The notes under the pieces: model-generated | Database searches by the model: none | What the model saw: the letters and a program-made list of their open reading frames with translations, nothing else | Told to the model about the DNA's origin: nothing | Assembly (NCBI GenBank): GCA_964057225.1 | Contig: OZ059898.1 | Coordinates: 20,150,001-20,214,000 of the forward strand | Reading direction: 5' to 3' | Source: Auanema rhodensis | Taxonomy: Eukaryota; Animalia; Nematoda | DNA: 64,000 nt | In this document: piece after piece, positions 55,402 through 64,000 of the stretch | Numbering within the stretch: position 1 is the first letter of the stretch | Layout: each line of letters starts with the position of its first letter | Program-made: the position numbers and the translations under genes

Positions 55402-58233
55402 CTAAACAGGGAACATAAATGTGTTCAAGGCTTTCCGAAAAACAGACAAATCATTGATACCAATTAGAATAGGATTGAGTGAATTCCAGATTTTGATTTG
55501 CCGGTTCTCAAAGCTTGAAAGGGCAGCTACAGTTTTGTAATCCGGCGGCATCAGTATAAACTCATGTTGACGAAGAATATAGTTATGCTCTTTCGATCTA
55601 AGCACGGACTCATTAAGAATAGAGCCATTCTTTATGATTTTGAAATATTGACATAAGTCAGCTATAGTGCGTCTCGTTTCTAAACGCCTGCCTTGAAGGT
55701 GTTTGAGTTTATTATCATATCCGTGGATATCCATGGACGATCGAAAAAAAATAGCATTAACATACCGTTTCTGAACATTTTCAACAAGTTGAATATCTTT
55801 TAGCAAAAACGGTGACCAGACTTCGGAAGCATATTCAAGAATAGGCCTAACGTAACAGGTGAACAATCTGAATAAGAGTTTGGGACAGGAAGAATTAAAA
55901 CATCTAAGAATAAGCTTACAGCGTTTTGACGCCATGGAAGTGATGGAGTGAATATGGGGGCGGAAAGATAAGTTTTTATCTATGATAACACCGAGGTCTT
56001 TGAAATTATCAACAATTTCAAGAGGAACATCATTGAGTAAAAACTGGCAATGAGAGTTATCATTACCGAGAATCATAATCTTCGATTTCTTGACATTAAC
56101 TACCATGTCATTGAAATTGCACCAGAGAGAAAGAATGTGGAGAGAGCATTGTAAACTTTGATTTGATGAGGCAAAAAGTTTAATGTCATCAGCATAGGCA
56201 ACAGCCTCAGTGCCACGATGAAAAGAGGAAATGAGATCGTTGATATATAGCAAAAAAAGTAGTGGTCCAAGAACTGTACCTTGAGGGACACCACACTCAA
56301 TAACTTTGGGTTCAGACAAGGCATCTTCAAGAACAACTTCAAAAGAACGGTTGGAAAGAAAGTCTTCAAGAAAAAGAGCAAGAGATCCTGATATTCCAAA
56401 ACTGTTTAATTTGCTGATCAGAATTCGATGATTAATTTTATCAAAAGCTTTGGAAAAATCAATAAAAGCTACAGAAACATCCTTACGATATTCTTTGGCG
56501 ATTCTCCACTGCGAGTGAGCTTTGAGAAGCGCAGTGCTAGTGCTACGCCCAGGTAAAAATCCATGTTGAGATGGTGAAATTAGCTTATTATCAAGTAAAT
56601 GCTTGAGAATGTCTTTTCTGATAATGCGCTCAAACACTTTGGAGAGACAAGATGTGAGAGAAATGGGTCTATAGTTCTTAGGGTCATTTGAACATCCTGA
56701 TTTGTAAATAGGTTTGACCCATGCAGACTTCCAGCTTTTAGGACAGACCCCAAAGGATAAAAAACCATTAAAAAAGAATGTCAAAGGACGTACTATAGAA
56801 ATCGCACACTTATTAAGAAAAATATAAGGTATGCCATCAGGAGATAAGCAAGTTCGAGAAGGTAAAGATCTTAAAAGTTTGAAAACGCAGAGTTCATCAA
56901 TGAAATGCGGGCGAAATTGGAGCGGAGAAAATTTAGGAGTTTCACTGTGATGCCATATTCCAGAAGAAGAAAGAAAAGAGGTCTGAGAAAAGTGATCCGA
57001 AAAAATTTTTGCTTTGGTGGAGGAGTCCGAAGCTTGAGAGTCACCATTTTTTAAAAAAGATGCTTCAATAGTACCCCCTAAACGTTTACGACAAAATTTG
57101 TAAAATTCTTTTTGGTTACCGGAAAGAGATATTTTATTTTCATCCAGTGCGCGCTGACGTCTGAGTAAAGCATTCAAACGACGAGAAAGAGTACGACATT
57201 TAGACGACGATGAAAGGCCGAAACATTTAGACAACCTGGTGAGATTATCATGTAGAATAGATATTGAACGAGCAAGGCGAACTTTTTTTCCACCAGGTCT
57301 GATGATGGGAACATGAGTATAAATGATTTCTCTAAGAGAACAGACAAATGATTCATAGGCGGCACAAAGATCTAAGTGAGAAAAGCTTTGAACCAGATTA
57401 ATGGATGAAATAAAAGAATTAATTTTATTGTAGTTGGCTTTATGGAAGTTTCTATGGAGAAGCGACTTTGGATGATCAGCAGAAAAAACAGTACAAGAAG
57501 ATGCCAAAGAAAGTTTTGGGCGGGAGGGACTGTTTATGCAATCTAATATATCACGAGAGAGAGAAAAAAGTAAAGATTTGTGGTCAGAAGTCCCAAAAGG
57601 AGGAACGCATTCGATAACTGAGGCCATACTAGGGGTATCCGCAAGCACACAATCTAAAGTATACTTACCGCGTGTCGGAAAAGTAACTAGTTGAGTAAAA
57701 CAAAAAGAAGTAATAAACTCTAAGAAACATTTGGCTTGAAGAGACGATTTAGTTAAAGAGTAATTCTTCCAGTTGATACCGGGAAAATTAAAATCCCCAA
57801 CAAGCACGTTTTTTTCTCTGGTGTTAAGAATAGATGAATAATGATGAAGAAAGGAATTGAAAGAACTATTAGAACAACGAGGAGCCCGATAACATATAGA
57901 AAGACTTATGGAATGGGAAACGATAGAAAATGTAAGCAACTGGAGGAAGTCACCAAAAGAGACTGAACTAAAATTACAGACTGAGATATGTTTTTTAACC
58001 ATGACTAGAACACCTCCACCTCTCCTATTGTTATTGCGATCACAGCGCATCAAACAATACGAAGCAGAAAGAGGTAAATTAGAACTACAAACGTCAGGAG
58101 TAAGCCAACTTTCAGTGAAACATAAAACATCAGGGTCATATTTTTGTGAAATTAAATCAAAATGAGAAAACTTGTTGAGAATAGAGCGAGAATTACAAAG
58201 ATATATAGTGATGGAAGAAGAGCTAGTAATTGA
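55402..58233 (-). CDS. LINE ORF2: AP-like endonuclease plus reverse transcriptase (about 943 aa counted from the ORF1 stop; true start uncertain)
   Basis: APE motifs CNSRSILNK, DVLCFTESWL, DR..GGGV, VGDFN, PTR...LD, SDH. RT motifs NYRPISLTS, QHGF..GRST, DFSKAFD, GVPQGTVLGP, YADD, DLGV. CR1-type C-terminus VRPILEYASEVWSP...WNSL. The ORF track starts at 58053 (TTG; first ATG 58050), but by manual translation the frame is open back to 58323. Confidence 0.95.
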   Translation of the reverse strand, partial: SITSSSSITIYLCNSRSILNKFSHFDLISQKYDPDVLCFTESWLTPDVCSSNLPLSASYCLMRCDRNNNRRGGGVLVMVKKHISVCNFSSVSFGDFLQLLTFSIVSHSISLSICYRAPRCSNSSFNSFLHHYSSILNTREKNVLVGDFNFPGINWKNYSLTKSSLQAKCFLEFITSFCFTQLVTFPTRGKYTLDCVLADTPSMASVIECVPPFGTSDHKSLLFSLSRDILDCINSPSRPKLSLASSCTVFSADHPKSLLHRNFHKANYNKINSFISSINLVQSFSHLDLCAAYESFVCSLREIIYTHVPIIRPGGKKVRLARSISILHDNLTRLSKCFGLSSSSKCRTLSRRLNALLRRQRALDENKISLSGNQKEFYKFCRKRLGGTIEASFLKNGDSQASDSSTKAKIFSDHFSQTSFLSSSGIWHHSETPKFSPLQFRPHFIDELCVFKLLRSLPSRTCLSPDGIPYIFLNKCAISIVRPLTFFFNGFLSFGVCPKSWKSAWVKPIYKSGCSNDPKNYRPISLTSCLSKVFERIIRKDILKHLLDNKLISPSQHGFLPGRSTSTALLKAHSQWRIAKEYRKDVSVAFIDFSKAFDKINHRILISKLNSFGISGSLALFLEDFLSNRSFEVVLEDALSEPKVIECGVPQGTVLGPLLFLLYINDLISSFHRGTEAVAYADDIKLFASSNQSLQCSLHILSLWCNFNDMVVNVKKSKIMILGNDNSHCQFLLNDVPLEIVDNFKDLGVIIDKNLSFRPHIHSITSMASKRCKLILRCFNSSCPKLLFRLFTCYVRPILEYASEVWSPFLLKDIQLVENVQKRYVNAIFFRSSMDIHGYDNKLKHLQGRRLETRRTIADLCQYFKIIKNGSILNESVLRSKEHNYILRQHEFILMPPDYKTVAALSSFENRQIKIWNSLNPILIGINDLSVFRKALNTFMFPV

Positions 58234-58234
58234 A

Positions 58235-59299
58235 CTATGACTTGCGAAATGAAGAAAGACAATTGGGTGAGACAGAAGAACCAGAAGAAGTATCGCCCTG
58301 TACGCTAGGAGGTGCAGGTTGTATTATTACAGCATTTTTTACTCGAGAGGAAGGTGTAGGGCGAAGTGAGTAACGAATAGGGCGAACTTTTTTTCTCGAA
58401 GGAGATGGAATAGAGCTGCTGGATCTGACTGTTCTAAGAGACTTGCGACTAGATTTTGAAGCCGGTGCAGCATTGGAGTTTTTGGATATGCTAGGTAAGA
58501 GTTCCGAAACAGTTGTAACAGCTGTGTAGTCAGCAGAAGTAGTGCCAGTAGGGTTGATGGGAATAGGGGATGAAGAAATGCATGCCGGAGAAACAGAAAC
58601 GATAGAACTAGGAAGCACTCGTTTTTTAACAGCAACAACACGTAAATCACGAACAATATAAAAATGAACGGGATCAGAGACATTACGGTTTCTGCATTCC
58701 TCTCGCAATTTGCGCTCGAGATCGATCTCGAACGGAAAATAGTCACGCCTCACAAAAGTACTCTTGAGAGCAGCATTGTGCTGAGTTTTATAGTTACGAA
58801 GAATGTGAATACACAAATCACGAGTTTCCTGATTGGGACATGTTATTGCAATAGGACCAGGTCGATCGGATTTGGAACTGAAGCGTGAGACGGTGAAAAC
58901 TGGAGAGCTAAACGAGGGACAAATAATAGGGTCCCTAGAAAGATTGATTATGTCTCTAACTAAGGTGAAAGGATCAGAATTGAGATCAGACAAATTAATA
59001 GGGACATTGAACCACAGAAGACGGTTGGCACGATCAGAAAATTTAATTTTCTGATGATCAGTGTCTACAATACTAGCCATAACTTGTTGGGAAGTAAGTG
59101 GGCTAGAAGCCGTCTTGCTAAGTTTGGATATTTGAGCCTCCAGTTCCGAAATGCGCGCCGAATTGGACAAAACAGTAGCATGAAGAGTAGAAACAAGGCT
59201 TTTGAGTTCAGAAGTGCAATCAGCTAGAGAGGTTTTTATGGACGTGGCAAGCGATTCGAAATCTTTGTAACTGACGGTGCAATCAGGAGTGAGAGACAT
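58235..59299 (-). CDS. LINE ORF1 (354 aa): coiled coil, RRM-like/C-terminal domain, Ser/Arg/Lys-rich tail; probable nucleic-acid chaperone
   Basis: First ATG at 59299 (MSLTPDC...). Heptad-like segment LATSIKTSLADCTSELKSLVSTL...ISELEAQISKL. DRANRLLWFNVP, DRPGPIAITC and VRRDYFPFEIDLERKLREE...YIVRDL resemble ORF1 proteins of invertebrate CR1/L2 elements. Lies directly upstream of ORF2. Confidence 0.88.
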   Translation of the reverse strand: MSLTPDCTVSYKDFESLATSIKTSLADCTSELKSLVSTLHATVLSNSARISELEAQISKLSKTASSPLTSQQVMASIVDTDHQKIKFSDRANRLLWFNVPINLSDLNSDPFTLVRDIINLSRDPIICPSFSSPVFTVSRFSSKSDRPGPIAITCPNQETRDLCIHILRNYKTQHNAALKSTFVRRDYFPFEIDLERKLREECRNRNVSDPVHFYIVRDLRVVAVKKRVLPSSIVSVSPACISSSPIPINPTGTTSADYTAVTTVSELLPSISKNSNAAPASKSSRKSLRTVRSSSSIPSPSRKKVRPIRYSLRPTPSSRVKNAVIIQPAPPSVQGDTSSGSSVSPNCLSSFRKS

Positions 59300-59629
59300 A
59301 AAAATTGGAAAAGAAGAACAGAAAAGAAGCAGATGAGGAAAGAAAAGAAAAGGAAAAAAAAAACAAGAAGAAAAGGAAAAGAAGGTGAAAAGAAAAGAGA
59401 TAATAAGCAATAAAAATATAGAAGGAAAAAGAAATTGAATATAAATAAATAATAAAATAAGAGAGCGTACCTCAAGGAATAAGTCCACAGCTACCACAGA
59501 AAACAACAAATCCAAGGAGAGCCACCGGAGAACGTCGAGTCACAAGATCAAAATGAGTCACAAGATCAAAATGAGTCACAAGATCAAAATGAGTCACAAG
59601 ATCAAAATGAGTCACAAGATCAAAAAAGT
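59300..59629 (-). promoter_or_regulatory. LINE 5' UTR / putative internal promoter with a long pyrimidine-rich tract
   Basis: Upstream of the ORF1 ATG. About 59300-59460 is strongly purine-rich on +. Tandem repeats sit at the far 5' end. Confidence 0.7.
59537..59625 (-). repeat. Five tandem 18-bp repeats GAGTCACAAGATCAAAAT at the LINE 5' end
   Basis: Units start at 59537, 59555, 59573, 59591 and 59609. The first four are identical; the last lacks the final T. Confidence 0.97.
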
Positions 59630-62600
59630 GTGATGTGCACTTGGTATGTAACTCGCTTCAAGTGAAAGATAAAGAGATGCGGTTTTCAAAATTAGATTCC
59701 CCATGTCCATATTAGTCTAAAAACAAATTTTTATTGATATTGGTGCATGGTAACTATGACTTTGAAATTTACGTAAACTTTAATTTATGCTAATTAAGTG
59801 TACACATGATGTGCACTTGGTATGTAACTCGCTTCACGTCAAAGATAAAGAGATGCGGTTTTCAAAATTAGATTTCGCATGTCCATATTAGTCTAAAAAC
59901 AAATTTTTATTGATATTGGTGCATGGTAACCATGACTTTGAAATTTACGTGAACTTTAATTTATGCTAATTAAGTGTACACGTGATGTGCACTTGGTATG
60001 TAACTCGCTTCACGTGAAAGATAAAGAGATGCGGTTTTCAAAATTAGATTCCCCATGTCCATATTAGTCTAAAAACAAATTTTTATTGATATTGGTGCAT
60101 GGCAACCATGACTTTAAAATTTACGTGTACTTTAATTTATGCTAATTAAGTCTACACATGATGTGCACTTGGTATGTAACTCGCTTCACGTCAAAGATAA
60201 AGAGATGCGGTTTTCAAAATTAGATTTCGCATGTCCATATTAGTCTAATAACAAATTTTTATTGATATTGGTGCATGGTAACCATGACTTTGAAATTTAC
60301 GTGAACTTTAATTTATGCTAATTAAGTGTACACGTGATGTGCACTTGGTATGTAACTCGCTTCACGTGAAAGATAAAGAGATGCGGTTTTCAAAATTAGA
60401 TTCCCCATGTCCATATTAGTCTAAAAACGAATTTGTATTGATATTGGTGCATGGTAACCATGACTTTGAAATTTACGTGAACTTTAATTTATGCTAATTA
60501 AGTGTACACGTGATGTGCACTTGGTATGTAACTCGCTTCGCGTCAAAGATAAAGAGATGCGGTTTTCAAAATTAGATTCCTCATGTCCATATTAGTCTAA
60601 AAACGAATTTTTATTGATATTGATGCATGGTAACCATGAGTTTGAAATTTACGTGAACTTTAATTTATGCTTATTAAGTGTACACGTGATGTGCACTTGG
60701 TATGTAACTCGCTTCACGTGAAAGATAAAGGGATGCGGTTTTCAAGATTAGATTCCCCGTGTCCATATTAGTCTAAAAACAAATTTTTGTTGATATTGGT
60801 GGATGGTAACCATGACTTTGAAATTTACGTGAACTTTAATTTATGCTAATTAAGTGTACACGTGATGTGCACTTGGTATGTAACTCGCTTCACGTGAAAG
60901 ATAAAGAGATGCGGTTTTCAAAATTAGATTCCCCATGTCCATATTAGTCTAAAAACAAAATTTTATTGGTATTGGTGCATGGCAACTATGACTTTTAAAT
61001 TTACGTGTACTTTAATTTATGCTAATTAAGTGTACACATGATGTGCACTTGGTATGTAACTCGCTTCACGTCAAAGATAAAGAGATGTGGTTTTCAAAAT
61101 TAGATTCCTCATGTCCATATTAGTCTAAAAACAAATTTTTATTAATATTGGTGCATGGTAACCATGACTTTGAAATTTATGTGAACTTTAATTTATGCTA
61201 ATTAAGTGTACACATGATGTGCACTTGGTATGTAACTCGCTTCACGTGAAAGATAAAGAGATGCGGTTTTCAAAATTAGATTCCTCATGTCCATATTAGT
61301 CTAAAAACGAATTTTTATTGATATTGATGCATGGTAACCATGAGTTTGAAATTTACGTGAACTTTAATTTATGCTTATTAAGTGTACACGTGATGTGCAC
61401 TTGGTATGTAACTCGCTTCACGTGAAAGATAAAGGGATGCGGTTTTCAAGATTAGATTCCCCGTGTCCATATTAGTCTAAAAACGAATTTTTGTTGATAT
61501 TGGTGGATGGTAACCATGACTTTGAAATTTACGTGAACTTTAATTTATGCTAATTAAGTGTACACGTGATGTGCACTTGGTATGTAACTCGCTTCACGTG
61601 AAAGATAAAGAGATGCGGTTTTCAAAATTAGATTCCCCATGTCCATATTAGTCTAAAAACAAAATTTTATTGGTATTGGTGCATGGCAACTATGACTTTT
61701 AAATTTACGTGTACTTTAATTTATGCTAATTAAGTGTACACATGATGTGCACTTGGTATGTAACTCGCTTCACGTCAAAGATAAAGAGATGTGGTTTTCA
61801 AAATTAGATTCCTCATGTCCATATTAGTCTAAAAACAAATTTTTATTAATATTGGTGCATGGTAACCATGACTTTGAAATTTATGTGAACTTTAATTTAT
61901 GCTAATTAAGTGTACACATGATGTGCACTTGGTATGTAACTCGCTTCACGTGAAAGATAAAGAGATGCGGTTTTCAAAATTAGATTCCTCATGTCCATAT
62001 TAGTCTAAAAACGAATTTTTATTGATATTGATGCATGGTAACCATGAGTTTGAAATTTACGTGAACTTTAATTTATGCTTATTAAGTGTACACGTGATGT
62101 GCACTTGGTATGTAACTCGCTTCACGTGAAAGATAAAGGGATGCGGTTTTCAAGATTAGATTCCCCGTGTCCATATTAGTCTAAAAACAAATTTTTGTTG
62201 ATATTGGTGGATGGTAACCATGACTTTGAAATTTACGTGAACTTTAATTTATGCTAATTAAGTGTACACGTGATGTGCACTTGGTATGTAACTTGCTTCA
62301 CGTGAAAGATAAAGAGATGCGGTTTTCAAAATTAGATTCCCCATGTCCATATTAGTCTAAAAACAAATTTTTATTGATATTGGTGCATGGTAACCATGAC
62401 TTTGAAAATTACGTGAACTTTAATTTATGCTAATTAAGTGTACTCGTGATGTGCACTTGGTATGTAACTCGCTTCACGTGAAAGATAAAGAGATGCGGTT
62501 TTCAAAATTAGATTCCTCATGTCCATATTAGTCTAAAAACAAATTTTTATTGGTATTGGTGCATGGCAACTATGACTTTTAAATTTACGTGTACTTTAAT

Positions 62601-64000
62601 TTATGCTAATTAAGTGTACACATGATGTGCACTTGGTATGTAACTCGCTTCACGTCAAAGATAAAGAGATGTGGTTTTCAAAATTAGATTCCTCATGTCC
62701 ATATTAGTCTAAGAACAAATTTTTATTAATATTGGTGCATGGTAACCATGACTTTGAAATTTATGTGAACTTTAATTTATGCTTATTAAGTGTACACGTG
62801 ATGTGCACTTGGTATGTAACTCGCTTCACGTGAAAGATAAAGGGATGCGGTTTTCAAAATTAGATTCCTCATGTCCATATTAGTCTAAAAACAAATTTTT
62901 ATTGGTATTGGTGCATGGCAACTATGACTTTTAAATTTACGTGTACTTTAATTTATGCTAATTAAGTGTACACATGATGTGCACTTGGTATGTAACTCGC
63001 TTCACGTCAAAGATAAAGAGATGCGGTTTTCAAAATTAGATTCCTCATGTCCATATTAGTCTAAAAACGAATTTTTATTGATATTGATGCATGGTAACCA
63101 TGAGTTTGAAATTTACGTGAACTTTAATTTATGCTTATTAAGTGTACACGTGATGTGCACTTGGTATGTAACTCGCTTCACGTGAAAGATAAAGGGATGC
63201 GGTTTTCAAGATTAGATTCCCCGTGTCCATATTAGTCTAAAAACAAATTTTTGTTGATATTGGTGGATGGTAACCATGACTTTGAAATTTACGTGAACTT
63301 TAATTTATGCTAATTAAGTGTACACGTGATGTGCACTTGGTATGTAACTCGCTTCACGTCAAAGATAAAGAGATGTGGTTTTCAAAATTAGATTCCTCAT
63401 GTCCATATTAGTCTAAAAACAAATTTTTATTAATATTGGTGCATGGTAACCATGACTTTGAAATTTATGTGAACTTTAATTTATGCTAATTAAGTGTACA
63501 CGTGATGTGCACTTGGTATGTAACTCGCTTCAAGTGAAAGATAAAGAGATGCGGTTTTCAAAATTAGATTCCCCATGTCCATATTAGTCTAAAAACAAAT
63601 TTTTATTGATATTGGTGCATGGTAACCATGACTTTGAAATTTACGTGAACTTTAATTTATGCTAATTAAGTGTACTCGTGATGTGCACTTGGTATGTAAC
63701 TCGCTTCACGTGAAAGATAAAGAGATGCGGTTTTCAAAATTAGATTCCTCATGTCCATATTAGTCTAAAAACAAATTTTTATTGGTATTGGTGCATGGCA
63801 ACTATGACTTTTAAATTTACGTGTACTTTAATTTATGCTAATTAAGTGTACACATGATGTGCACTTGGTATGTAACTCGCTTCACGTCAAAGATAAAGAG
63901 ATGTGGTTTTCAAAATTAGATTCCTCATGTCCATATTAGTCTAAAAACAAATTTTTATTAATATTGGTGCATGGTAACCATGACTTTGAAATTTATGTGA
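59630..64000. repeat. 176-bp satellite B, right arm, about 25 monomers, running off the window end
   Basis: Same monomer, orientation and register as the left arm. Confidence 0.98.

Larger units (their letters stand above)
54924..59629 (-). mobile_element. Full-length non-LTR retrotransposon (LINE), CR1-like clade, about 4706 bp
   Basis: Two long minus-strand ORFs (ORF1 and APE endonuclease-RT), a 3' microsatellite tail, 5' tandem repeats and no LTRs. The satellite stops at ...TACACGT (54923) and resumes at GTGATGTGCAC (59630). Confidence 0.96.

Noticed and set aside
54903-59475. Short overlapping or antisense ORFs within the LINE (e.g. 54903-55154, 56100-56399, 57908-58165, 58339-58746, 59236-59475)
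   Set aside because: They are alternate-frame shadows of ORF1/ORF2 or of low-complexity UTRs, with no recognisable motifs.
59300-59515. Hydrophobic 72-aa N-terminal extension of ORF1 as a transmembrane or envelope-like segment
   Set aside because: It begins at TTG and is simply the translation of the pyrimidine-rich 5' UTR. The first ATG is at 59299.
59460-59536. HDV-like ribozyme or DPE at the LINE 5' end
   Set aside because: I could not build the nested double pseudoknot by eye. GACGT lies at +19 or +37 from the Inr-like sites, not at the canonical +28.
54924-59629. LTR retrotransposon, group II intron or retron interpretation of the RT
   Set aside because: There are no LTRs, integrase or protease. 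An N-terminal APE domain, an ORF1 and a 3' tandem tail define a non-LTR element.
1-64000. CRISPR array
   Set aside because: There are no unique spacers (the whole monomer repeats) and no cas genes. The context is eukaryotic.

Overview
This is eukaryotic (probably animal) satellite heterochromatin with no host genes. It has four parts. (1) 1-14068: about 40 head-to-tail copies of an AT-rich 351-bp satellite, running off the left edge. (2) 14069-54923: an abrupt switch to a 176-bp satellite of about 234 monomers, with layered higher-order repeats. (3) 54924-59629: one full-length, apparently intact, minus-strand CR1-like non-LTR retrotransposon of about 4.7 kb. It has five 18-bp 5' tandem repeats carrying TGAGTCA, ORF1, an APE-RT ORF2 with no AUG upstream of its first catalytic motifs, and a 3' AATAAA plus (AAAC)5 tail. 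It is inserted in register into the CACGTG dyad of a 176-bp monomer. (4) 59630-64000: about 25 more 176-bp monomers. The repeated 63-aa ORFs are satellite artefacts. All alignments were done by eye; family assignments come from motif recognition, not database searches.
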